A DNA stretch of 38,752 bases. It comes from Octopus bimaculoides (Eukaryota). This document shows positions 10,979-23,500 of the stretch, piece by piece (the stretch's first letter is position 1; each line of letters starts with the position of its first letter). The stretch covers positions 193,829,142 through 193,867,893 of the forward strand of contig NC_068981.1 of NCBI RefSeq assembly GCF_001194135.2, written 5' to 3'. Made by a program: the position numbers and the translations under genes. The notes under the pieces are model-generated. The model was given only the letters and a program-made list of their open reading frames with translations, was not told the DNA's origin and did no database searches.

Positions 10979-11311
10979 ACATTCGCTGGCGATTCGTGTT
11001 AGTGGTCGCCGTTGATGGTCACCCACAGCGTGGTTTGTCTTCGATACTGGCTCCTCTTCTTTAAACATTTTCATCCATTTCTGGCACATTGCTCTTATCA
11101 GTGGCGTCATCTCTGGAAGCAACCCGCAGCCTTCTGTGGACGTTGGACAGCCTTCGCTCCTCCTTCATCAAGAACTTAACTCTGCTTGGCACCGATTTAG
11201 AACAGGAAAAAGAGTTTTGCGAGAGGAAAAATTACTCTACCAGCATGTCGGTTTGAAAGACCTGTGTTAGTTAATAAAATAACTTCGGCATTACTTTCAG
11301 TCTAGCCCTTG
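10979..11311 (-). mobile_element. Mariner-type transposon 5' remnant (TIR plus N-terminal HTH)
   Basis: Minus-strand TIR-like CAAGGGCTAGACTGAAAGTAATGCC, then frameshifted VKFLMKE..RLSNVHRRL...DKSNV.KWMKMFKEEE.SIEDKPRCG*PSTAT, matching the mariner 'W..F..G...D.PR.GRP' motif. Confidence 0.7.
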
Positions 11312-11847
11312 TGCGTACAGGCGTATGTATAGACACACACACGCACGCGCACAAACATACCTGATACATACCGTTCTGTGTGTACTTGAATCTATATATG
11401 AACGTATGTGCGTACGTGTGCGTGTGAGTAAGCGCGCATATACATGTCTTTGTTTGTGCGTGCGTATGCGCGCGCGTGTGTGTGTGTGTGTGTGTGCGTG
11501 CGTATCACATGTCTAATTTAATGTATCGTTCTCTGACCTGAAACCTGCAATTTTTTTAACATCTCTCTCTCCCCTTTACAACCATTTCTCCCTATATAAT
11601 TTTACATGCTCCTTCGTTTTCGGCTTTTCATTCCCGTTAAGGCAAGTCAAGACAAGAATTTCTTACAAGCGCAAACAGTTGACCTTTTTATCTGTGACAA
11701 TGAAGTGACGCCACTTCCATAGTTCTGTTGCTCGTGAACATATACTCAAGGTCTACGTGACACCTTGGGCAAGTGTCTTCTAATGTAGCTTCGGGCCGAT
11801 CAAAGCCTTGAGCGGATTTGGTAGACGGAAACTGAAAGATGCTCGTC

Positions 11848-11908
<61 letters not shown>

Positions 11909-12617
11909 TATATATATATAGATATATAGATATACAGGGCAGGGAATCATCAATTAGTAATAGAATTAATAATTAACAAATTTGCCGGGTAGCTCAGTAT
12001 GAAAAAACCTTATCGGTAAAACCATTTATAATCATAAATATATAGGGATTAACAGTATCAGTAGTTCTTTGGCTGCTATTTCTGAATTCTCAGTGTGTTG
12101 GAGAAGNNNNNNNNNNNNNNNNNNNNNNNNNNNNNNNNNNNNNNNNNNNNNNNNNNNNNNNNNNNNNNNNNNNNNNNNNNNNNNNNNNNNNNNNNNNNNN
12201 NNNNNNGCTTATAAACACCTTCCACGCTGCAATTGTTTTTGTTTCAGCACACGATTACAGATCAGGTCACGTGCTATGCAAATATATCTCTAAAATTACT
12301 TTGTGAAAGAAAAGCGAGTTGTCTCCCCTACCCTGCAAAGCCTTGATTCCCAACCTGTGATCCGCGGACCCCTGGTGGTGGAAGTTGTCTCAAACTGCTT
12401 TCATCGTGACCGAGCAAACCTATTTAAAAAAAAAAACAACATTCCAACCAAGATGATTTTGCTGGTTATATGTACCTTGGATAACACTATCCAATGGAAC
12501 TTTTTATGACATTCATGTAACAAGTGGGATTTGGTTGTTGTTTCTAGCAGATTAAAAGACTTCGTAGACGCTTCCTCTTTGACATAACAAAATTATCGAG
12601 CATAAATTAATTATTTA

Positions 12618-13040
12618 TCTTTTACTTGTTTCACTCATTAGACTGCGGCCATGCTGGGGCACTGCATCGAAGAATTTGGGTCAAACAACTCGACCCAGTA
12701 CCTTATTCTTTTACTTGTTTCAGTCATTTGACTGCGGCCATGCTGGAGCACTGCCTTTAGTTGAATAAATCGACCCCAGGACTTATCCTATCGGTCTATT
12801 TTGCCGAAACGTTAAGTCATGAGGACGTAAACGCACCAACATCGGTTGTCTCACACACACACACACACACACACATATACGACGGGCTTCTTTCAGTTTC
12901 CGTCTACTAAATCCACTCACAAGGCTTTGTTCGGCCCGAGGCTGTAGTAGAAGACACTTGCCCAAGGTGCCACGTAGTGGGACTGAACCCGGAACCATGT
13001 GGTCGGTAAGCAAGCTACTTACCACATAGCCACTCCTGCG
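12618..13040 (-). mobile_element. SINE family B, full length, with a duplicated tail segment and internal (CA)n
   Basis: Reverse complement of the family B head at 12950-13040. Two copies of CTTTTACTTGTTTCA.TCATT.GACTGCGGCCATGCTGG at about 12620 and 12707. Confidence 0.82.
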
Positions 13041-13144
13041 GCTATATAGTTTAACTCCTGGATTTTTGCACCTATTAGACTAAGGGGTTTGTTTTTAGGG
13101 GTTTTTTTTTTTTGTCTTTCTGATCTGGAGTTAAACTATATATT

Positions 13145-13356
13145 ATTTTCTACTCTAGGCAAAGCCCAAAATTTTGGGGAAGGTGGGGCCAGTTAATTAG
13201 ATCGACCTCAGTATGCAACTGGTGCTTCATTTATCGACCCCGAAAAGATGAAAAGCAAAGTCGACCTCGGCGGAATTTGAACTCGGAACGTAAAGACAGA
13301 CGAAATACCAGTAAGCACTTCGCCCGGCGTGCTAACGTTTCTGCCAGCTCGCCGCC
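13145..13356 (-). mobile_element. SINE family A (tail ii), full length
   Basis: Complete head (...GCTAACGTTTCTGCCAGCTCGCCGCC) and central domain. Confidence 0.82.
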
Positions 13357-13945
13357 ACAGTCAAACTTTATACTAATCCAAGTCTCTTGGTAACTAAACA
13401 CACTAAACAGAATAAAGAGTTGCCTCCCCTGAACTATAGTCGCTTATAGTTTTCGTAACATAGTTGAAGCTGGGGAAACGATTACATAAGAGGCGGACCT
13501 GCAAATTAGCGCCTCTCGCTCTTTATGTCTTTATAATTTTCTGAGAAATGCAGACTTTTTTATGAAATTTTGCAGCAGTGTGCTTTCGAGAGTGTAGATT
13601 ACAATTTCGTTGATAAAAATTTTTCGCCTTGTCTTGACATGTTGTGATAGGTGTAATGACTGTTTGCTTTATACAAACATTGGCATTCATTTCTAATCTT
13701 CCACGAGAACGTGCCTGGCCATCAGGTAATATTACTTTGCTTACAAACCAGTATGGGTTGGTGACAGGAAGGGATTCTGGCCATAGAAAATCTGCCTCAA
13801 CAAATTCCATCTGACCCATGCAAGCAAGGAAAAGTAGACATTAAAATGATGGTGATGTACAGTAGTAATGTGAAATAAATTGCCTTGCTCAAGGACACAA
13901 CTTACTGCTTGGTATAGGACTTGAACCCCTGATCTAACCAATGTT

Positions 13946-13976
<31 letters not shown>

Positions 13977-14149
13977 CAACAACTGACACATGACTCCCTG
14001 TACTGATGTCGTCTCACTTCATAGTGGTTGGTTCATACCACATGTCCCTTGGGAGGGGTGTACCATTTCCACTACAACAGATTCCCGTTCATAATTGTTG
14101 AAACATATTTGTTTATATGATTAATTTGTTATCTTTTAATTAGAGAAAG

Positions 14150-14305
14150 ATGTCGTTAAAGTGTGCAATTTCCTGCCTGCTGTTATTTGCTATCATCACA
14201 GCAGTGAACTCTGACATGTTCTCTCAAAATCCCCGTGGTTCCAATAACAGACTCAATGAAAACACAGCCCAACGCAAAGAAGCAAACCGTTTGTTTGACT
14301 CTCAG
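14150..14305 (+). CDS. DD3-3: DD3-3-like coding exon 1 (signal peptide; [35 protein letters not shown]...LFDSQ)
   Basis: ATG at 14150, hydrophobic leader, donor CAG|GTAGAA at 14305/14306, phase 0. An acceptor (ttttaattag, ending 14143) sits 6 nt before the ATG. Confidence 0.92.
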
Positions 14306-17300
14306 GTAGAAACACTCTTCCTCTTCAGTTCACTCCTGCACTTCTTTTGTTGTACTTTTGTTGATTTATTATTATTTTTTTAGGTGAAGCTGATGCTGCA
14401 AAAACAAAAGAAAATAGTATACAGTAATCCGTCACTATATCACGGTTCACCTATCGCGGTTCACCTATCACTGTTCACCTATCACTGTTCACCTATCACA
14501 GTTGGTGGCGGCAGCAGTGGCATTGTTGTTGCTGATGGTGGTGGTAGTGATGGTAGTGGTGGTGGTGGCGGTGGTGGTGGTGATGATGATGAAATCAACA
14601 ACAGCACTTATTTTTTTAATCCTGGTATTTATTCTATTGGTCTCTTTTGCTGAACCGCTAAGTTACTGGGACATAAACACACCAACACTCTTTGTCAAGT
14701 TGTTTGGCAGGGAAAAACACAGACATGAAGACACACGCGTATACATATACGATGGGCTTCTTTCAGTTTCCGTCTACCAAATCCACTCATGAGGCTATAG
14801 TAGTCTCATGAGTGGATACAGTGTCCCGACAAGAGGCTGTAGTAGAAAATACTTGCTGATGGTGCCACACAATGGGACTGAACCCAGAACCATGCTTCTT
14901 ACCACACAGCCATGCTAGCACCTACATCACTCTATAGTCCAAGACTTTATCATTTCCTGTACTTCTTTGGTTCTATGTTTAAGAGTTCTATATTTCAGAG
15001 AATATCCGTCAAATGTAAATAATGTAAATAATGTTCTTTGGTCTATTTGTGGTAAACATTTAATGTTTTATTCTCTTTATCAGAATATTATTAAAGAACT
15101 GAATAAGACATCGAGCTGGCAGAATCGTTAGCAAGCCTAAGGTGAAATGCTTAGCAGTATTCTGCCAATCACTACGTTCTGAGTTCAAATTCAACTTTGC
15201 CTTTTATCCTTTTACGGTCGATTAAATAAGTACCAGTTGAACACTGCTCTCGATGTAATCGACTTAATCCCCTCCCACAAGCTGCCGTTGTGAGCACATA
15301 AAAAGCACCATCCGAATGTGGTCGATGCCAGGTCTGACTGACTGCCCCCCCCCTCGTGCCGGTGGCATGTAAAAAGCACTCTCTGAATGTGTTCGATGCC
15401 AGTACCCACTGATTGGCTTCTGAGCCGGTGGCACATAAAAAGCACCATCCCAATGTTGCTGATGCCAGTACCCCCTGACTGGCCGATGTGCCAGTGGCAC
15501 GTAAAAAGCACCATGCGAATGTGATCGATGCCCACCTGACTGGCTCCTGTGCGGGTGGCACATAAAAAGCATTATCCAAACATGGTCGATGCCAGTGCCG
15601 CCTGACTGGCTCCTGTGCCACTGGCATGTAAAAAGCACCCACTACACTCTTGGAGTGGTTGGTGTTAGGAAGGGCATCCAGCCGTAGAAACCATGCCAAA
15701 TCAGATTGGATCCTGGTGCAGCCTCCTGGCTTCCCAGACCCCAGTCAAACCATCCAACCCATGCCAGCATGGGAAACTGATGTTAAATAATGATGATGAT
15801 GATGATGATGACGATGATGATGATAAATATTTTGGTTTTTCTCTTCAGAACAACAACAAAGGTGGTTACAATGTTGGTGATGCCACAAACAATGCAGCAA
15901 AGAAGATCGAAGATCAATATCAAATGGTGAGCAGAACTTAATGAGTTTTTATCTTGTTACTTTTTTTTTTATGCTAACTCATTTAGGAAACAAAATGAGA
16001 AGCCCTTTCTTATTTTATGATCCCTCTCCCTTTCTTGTTGTTTCAGAAATACTTCCAGAGTGCTTCCATATCAAGAACGGATCCAAAGAAAGGCAACACC
16101 TTTCTGAAACTGGAATGGGTCAACCAGCATGGTTGTGGCGTAGATGATGAGATGGACCCAAACAAGAAGCGGTGTAATTTGGTCCTGCAGTACATGTGTC
16201 AGAAAATGAACCCTGGTCAGTTGTTTCTTAATAATAATAATAAAAATAAGGCCTGTAAATTTGGCAGGGGGGTGCCATGGGGAAAGTTGATTACATTGAC
16301 CCCATATGAATAAGTTTATGTTAGAGTGAATGAATTTGTAGCTTAAAACATGAATGAACTTGTATTTGGAAGTGCATGAATGTATATCAACATGGATGAG
16401 TTAGTAAATATATAATATATTAAATTTGTATTCTGTTTCATATTTGTTATTTCTGAATCAAAGTTAGTTGGAGGAGAAAAAAATAATTAGAGGAACAAAA
16501 GTAAGTCTTAAACTATAAACCGGGATAATATAGAAATGTTAGCATTTATTGATATGAAAGCCTTTAGCTATGAAATTACAGATGATGTAAAAACAGTCTA
16601 ACAATCTGTCAAGTAAGCAGAATAATAAATGAGATTCTTCTTACAGACATGTTGCAGATGTAACTGTCTCCTTTTCAAATTAACTGCAACCTTAATTTTC
16701 CAGCTACACAGGCAATTAATAATTTAAGTTGCCATATGAAACACTAACTTTGCAGGAAGTAAAATAAATGGTTTCCCTTGGATTTCAAATATGTTAATTT
16801 TCTGTTTCCTTGAGAGAAGAGAAAATTTTCACACCATCTATAATTCCACAACTAAAGACTTTAAATAAATATCTGTAGATGTTCCTACATTTTACATACT
16901 TCGGGTAATGTATTTTATGCTGTGTTCAATATGACTATATACTGTTTAAAAATGATTATATCATTATTATTATTAATAATAATTAATGATTACTCAACAA
17001 TAATTATATTACAGATGATAAGCTTGACACACTGAGAGATGGAGTGAACACTAATAAACAAAATTTCAATGAGAATCAGGCAAATCCCAAGAATCATCAG
17101 GAGAGTAAAAAATTTAAAAATATCGTTAATATGAACTCTGGCCTTCACGAGAGCTGGGACTGGTATGACAAATGTTATCAACGTGAACGAAATAATGGTA
17201 AGTTTTGGTAGTTCCCTATTTTCTGCTAAGATCTTTAAATGATTTATTTTTACAACTAGGTAAGCAAAGTCATTAAAAGTTAAATGCCTTTAGAAGGATT

Positions 17301-20300
17301 AAAGCCACAGCTTCACACCATTGAAAATATATGAACTGTTGATGTTTCATACAATAGGCAAACACCTTTAACAGCTCAGCCATCTGAATTCTTTAGATTT
17401 CTTTCCTTAATAAATAATAAAACTAGCAGAATCTATGGCCCAAGGCTATAGCAGAAGACACTCGCCCAAGGTGCCACGCAGTGGGACTGAACCCAGAACC
17501 ACATGGTTGGGAAGCCCTTCATAATGTTTGATTAAGTTAAAGATTTTTGGTTAAGTTTTCAATTTCATTGAGGGTGCATATCATACTAGTTAGGCTGTTG
17601 CATTCACAATCTCAAGATCAGGATTTCAATTCCCAGACCAGACAGTGTATTGTCTCCCTGGTCCATCACTCCACTCAGCTGTAGATGAGTGACTCTTTAA
17701 TGGATCAGCAGCCAGTTCAGTGGGGAATATTATGATCCCAATCACTTATACAGCTTGGAAATTGGGTAACTGGTGCTGTGAGTCCTAGGACTCAAGGTTG
17801 TAATTTTCCAGGAACTCGTCATCATCACCATCATCATCATCGTCGTCGTCGTCATCGTCATTTAACATCCATTATCCATGCTGGCATGGGTTGGATGGTT
17901 TGATCAGAGCTGGAGAGCAGCACCAGGCTCCATTGTCTGTTTTGGCAAGGTTTTTATGGCCGGGTGCCCTTCCTAATGCCAACCACTTTAGAGAGTGTAC
18001 TGGCTGCTTTTTGTGTGGCACTGACACACACGCTTTTGACATGGGACAGGTACCAGTTCTTTGACACGGCTTTCACGTGACACCAGCACCAGTGCTTTTT
18101 ATGTTTTCTCTTTCTTCAAATTTCATTCCATAGTTAAGTTTGTTTAACGCATTACACTCAAGCCTGTTTTGTTATAATAAAGATTTTGATTTCATCTTCA
18201 ACTGTATTCCCACACATGTTACCTTTAATTACATTTGAGATGATCACCTTTATCATATTTCTTTATTTATTTTCTCAACACATTTCAGGTTTATTTACTG
18301 CTGACCAAAACTTGAATAATAAAAATGGTTATAAGCGAGCCACTCAAACTCGTCAGAATGCTGGTGGTGGCAGAAGTGGTTATGAATGTCCAGAGGAGAG
18401 AGATTACTATCCTTACTGGCATCCAACTCCTTGGCTTGATATTGTTGTCTTTGCTCAAAAATCTAACGATTGTCAGTAAGTGATGTTTATTCAATTGTTA
18501 TTTGCAGATTCGTGTATGACTGAGTGGTCAAAAAGTTTGCTTTTCAACTACTAGCCACATCACCAAAATAACCTCCAAATGCAGATGTCTCGCAGGATGG
18601 ATCTTATGAGCCTTCACCACAAGAGAACCAGTAATTATGCTGATTCTATGGAAAGCTCTATTTCTCAGCAGATTAGATTACTGGCCACAGCTTTCGTCTT
18701 CAAACTCATCTTGTCTTGTACAAGAGATTGAAGGGTTACAAAGAACATTCATGAGTAAAATCATCATCATCGTTTAATGTCCGCTTTCCATGCTAGCATG
18801 GGTTGGACGATTTGACTGAGGACTGGTGAACCAGATGGCTACACCAGGCTTCAATCTGATTTGGCAGAGTTTCTACAGCTGGATGCCCTTCCTAATGCCA
18901 ACCACTCCGAGAGTGTAGTGGGTGCTTTTATGTGCCACCAGCACGAAGGCCAGTCAGGAGGTACTGGCAAAGGCCACACTCAAAATGGTGTATTTTACAT
19001 GCCACCCGCACAGGAGTCAGTCCAGCGGCACTGGCAACGATCTCACTTGAATGACTTTTCACGTGCCACTGGCACAAGTGCCAGGAACATGAAGCTGCGG
19101 CACAAGTGCCAAGCCTCGATTCCTGGGAATGTCTAAAAGCTCTGCGTCTCTGTGTCTCTGCATCCTTCCATACTTGTTTGGTGTTGCTGAAGAAATAGAA
19201 AGCTGAAAAGTGGTTTTTAATTGATTTACATCATTTGTATCGAATATGTGTAACATGTACTGAAATTATGAGGCCTGATCAAAAAAGTATCAAGGCTGGT
19301 ACTATAAAAAGAAAACTACAACAATATCAATTCTCCTTCAAAATAGTCCTCTTCTGAAGCTGCACACTGTATCCAACATTGTTTCCATTGTTGGAAGCAT
19401 TCCTGGAACTCTTGTTTTGGGATAATGAGCAGCTGCCTTGTCACATTCTGTTGGATCTTCTCAGCATCTTGAAGTCTTGTTTAGGTCTTACACTGTGAAG
19501 ACTGAGCCTTGACTTCAGGATCATAGCCATAGACCCATAATTCATGACCTATTATGTTTTTAGAAAGGTGATCCTGTGCAGCTGAAACCCAATCTTCTAA
19601 ACACTCTATTTCCAAGCATTGCTAGAAAGAACAGAAGCACGTGAGAACATTATAACTTAATGTGCACACAAGACAGAGTTCAGGATCAATTTGTGATAAG
19701 GGGCTTCACTTTGCATATTTTAGCTCTGTTACCATAGCAATAGTCCTGATACTTTCTGATAAGATCTTGTATTTTGATTATGTTTGCAGAAGTTACCGTG
19801 ATAAAAGCTTCAATAAGCATAATTATGGAGAATGTGTAGAGTTTTACCCAGATAAGTCAAGAAAATGTACATCAAGATGGAACAATAAAGCAGATTGTGA
19901 GAAAAACAAGAAAACTTGGGTTGAGTTTTCTAGTTACCTTGAGAAAGCACCACGTAAGTAGATATAATTGATGCCATTTACCTGTGTCTTCTGCTCATTT
20001 CTGTTGTTGTCTAATAAATATACATGAACACAGGTGTGGCTGGGTGGTAAGAAGCTTGCTTCTCAACCACATGGTTCTGGGTTCAGTTCCACCACCATGT
20101 GGCACCTTGAGCAAGTGTTTCCCACTACAGCCTGGTACCAACCAAAGCCTTGTGAGGTGGTTTGGTAGATGGAAACTGAAAGAAACCTACTCTGTGTGTG
20201 TGTGTGTGTGTTTGTCTCCCACCACCAATTTATAACCAATGTTGATTTTTTTTTTGTATGTCCATGTAACCTAGTGGTTTAGCAGAAAGAGACTGATAAA

Positions 20301-20447
20301 ATACCAAACTTAAAAAAAAAAGTATTGGGTTTGATTCATTCAACTAAAATTCCACTGTGGCACCTTGGGTAAGTGTCTCCTACTATAGCCTCAGGCCAAC
20401 CAAAATCTTGTGAGTGGATTTGGTAGATGGAAACTGAAAAAAGAAGC

Positions 20448-20516
<69 letters not shown>

Positions 20517-23500
20517 GTATGTGTGTTTGTATTTGTAAGCCCCATCACTTGACAACCTACGCTCAAGTGTTTATGTCCCCGTAATTTAGCAGCTCTGCAA
20601 AAGGGATCTCTGGAATAATTACTAGGCTTACAGAGAATAATTCCTGGGGTCGATTCCTTTGACTAACACCCTTTAAGGTGGTGTTCCAGCATGGCTGCAA
20701 TCAAATGACTGAAACAAGTAAAAGAATAAAAAAAATATAAATTGATATAATTCCTTGCTGTACAACTACTATGACATCTCTCTATAACCACTATGACATG
20801 TCCCTATTATCACTATGTCATGCCTCTACAATGACTACGACAAACCTCTATGACAAACCTCTATTATAACAGGTTTCCAGCTATCATTATGATGCATCTC
20901 TACTATCATTATGACATGCTTCTATAATCGCTATGACATGTCTTGTTTGATTCTATGACTTCATCTGTATAGCTGCCTTGTCATAATTGTGTTAATATAA
21001 CTTTATTCTTAGGGCAGTGAGCTTGCAGAAACGTTAGCACATGGGGCGAAATGCTTAGTGGTATTTATGAGTTCAAATTCCACCAAGGTCGACTTTGCCT
21101 TTCATCCTTTTGTGTTTGATAAATTAAGTACCAGTTGCATACTGGAGTCAATCTAATCAACCAGCCCCGCTCCCTAAAAATTTCAGGCCTTGTGCCTAGA
21201 ATAGAAAAGAATACAACTTGAGCCTTCAAGGCGGCGAACTGGCAGAAACGTTAACATGCTGGGGGAAATGCTTAGCAGTATTTCATCTGCTGCTATGTTC
21301 TGAGTTCAAATTCCACTGAGGTCGACTTTGCCTTTCATCCTTTCGGGGTCGATTAAATAAATACCAGTACTGGGGTCGATCTAATCAACTTAATCCCTTT
21401 GTCTGGCCTTGTTTGTCCCCTCTATGTTTAGCCCCTTGTGGGCAATAAAGAAATAAATATAACTTTATTCTTGAGCTGTGTCATAACCTCTATACTAGCC
21501 TCTCTGTGTTCACTCAATTAGCTTCTTCTTATCATTCTATGTTGCCACCACCACCACCACCACTGACATTATCCACACCACCCACATTATCCCCTATCCC
21601 CACCACCAAATTCACTACAAACACTACTACCAACATCACCACCACCACCATCATCAAGACCATCACCACCAAAACCACCTCCCACCACCATCACCGTCAC
21701 CACAACACCATCAACACTAACATCCCCACCATCACCAACACCACTACCACTACCAATATCATCATCACCACCACCACCACTGTCACCACCAACACCATCA
21801 ACACTAACATCACCACCGTCACAAACACCACCACCACCACCACTGCCACCACCTTATTCATTATTCAAATTAATAAATAATTCCAGAGTATTAATCTACC
21901 AAATTTTCTTCCAGAATATAAAACTGCTGAAGAATGCAAGAATGCTAAATCAAAAGTCCATGTGGAACATTTATGGGGTCTTCCTTGGGACACCAAAAAT
22001 ATCAGCCACAAAGAATGTTTGGTGCGTGCAGATGCTCCAGAATGTCACAAGGCTGCTTATTCTCGGTAAGTTCTAATAAAGAATTATGGTTTTTTCTTTT
22101 ATTTTACATAGGTGCAGGTGTTGGGCAAAATAATGGAAACACCTTAAAATTTCAAGCAAATTTATTTTAATATGGGGTAGGACCGCCTTTGGCAGTAATT
22201 ACAGCTTGAATTCTACGAGGTATGGACTTGTACAAAGTTTGAATTGTTTCCAAAGGAATTTTTGTCCATTCTTCAGCTAAAACAGTCTCCAGTTCTTGTA
22301 GTGATGATGGTGGATGATATAGACTCCTTGCTTGTTTTTCTAAAATGTACCATAAATGTTCAATAATATTGAGATCTGGGGACTGTGGTGGCCACATAAG
22401 ATGTTCATCTTCACTAGAATGTCCCTTGTGCCATTCAGTAACAACTTTAGCTGTGTGAATTGGTGCATNNNNNNNNNNNNNNNNNNNNNNNNNNNNNNNN
22501 NNNNNNNNNNNNNNNNNNNNNNNNNNNNNNNNNNNNNNNNNNNNNNNNNNNNNNNNNNNNNNNNNNNNNNNNNNNNNNNNNNNNNNNNNNNNNNNNNNNN
22601 NNNNNNNNNNNNNNNNNNNNNNNNNNNNNNNNNNNNNNNNNNNNNNNNNNNNNNNNNNNNNNNNNNNNNNNNNNNNNNNNNNNNNNNNNNNNNNNNNNNN
22701 NNNNNNNNNNNNNNNNNNNNNNACAGTCTGGCTCAAATGCTTCTTTTGGCTGTCTCCACACATGTACTTGGCCAGTGGTCAGAAATAAAGTAAAGGATGA
22801 CTCGTCCGAGCAAATATCATTCTTCCACTGCTCTAGAGACCAATTCTGTAGGTTTTTACTCCACTCTGAACACTGCAACGTTTGTTTTTGAAAGTAGTGG
22901 TTTTCTGATTGTAGTCCTCCCAGGAAATCCGGTTTTGTGCAGCTCCTGGTGAACTGTTTTTGTGGAAACTGGGTTCTTGAGGTGGTCATTAAGTTCTGCA
23001 GTAATTTTGAGAGCTGTACTTTTGTGATCCTTTGTTAACAATTCACATAAGAGTTCGACGGTCCCTATCTGAAAGTTTTGGTTTTCTTCCAGAATTTTGT
23101 TTCGACAAGGAGGTTTTTCTCTCTCTCTCAAAGGCTGTCATTACTTTCAGGACAGTACTTCTTGATACACCAAACATTTCTACTGTTTTCGTCACGCTGG
23201 CACCTGCCATACGAGCACCAACAATTTGACCTCTTTGAAAGTCCAATAGATCTGTCATTTTAATGACTTTTAATTACCTTTTCCTGATGATATCTGAAAA
23301 GAAACAGTAATTTTAGCAAAACATATTAAGCAACACTAATAATAAAAAAAAAACAAAAATAAACAAGCTTTTGATGGTTTTATAGATATTTCAAAATTAT
23401 GATGCTATGATGTTAGGTGTTTCCATTATTTTGTCCAACCCCTGTACCTTTAGAAGACAGGAAAATGAGGCCAGCAGGTGGCTAAAGAGAATTGAACCCT

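Noticed and set aside
12343-12380. TTCCCAACCTGTGATCCGCGGACCCCTGG resembling a hAT/Charlie MITE end
   Set aside because: Only about 30 bp, with no intact terminus, partner end or 8-bp TSD; too weak to annotate.
15172-15699. Overlapping 107-175-aa ORFs and a CRISPR-like look of the ~66-bp repeats
   Set aside because: The units are homologous along their whole length (no unique spacers), lie within a eukaryotic SINE, and there are no cas genes. The ORFs arise because the repeat is poor in stop codons.
22066-22135. Acceptor-like ttttattttacatag at 22111 as the start of the missing exon
   Set aside because: It would make a 46-nt intron, and the frame hits TAA within the Tc1 TIR after a few codons. 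Removing the transposon also gives an immediate stop.
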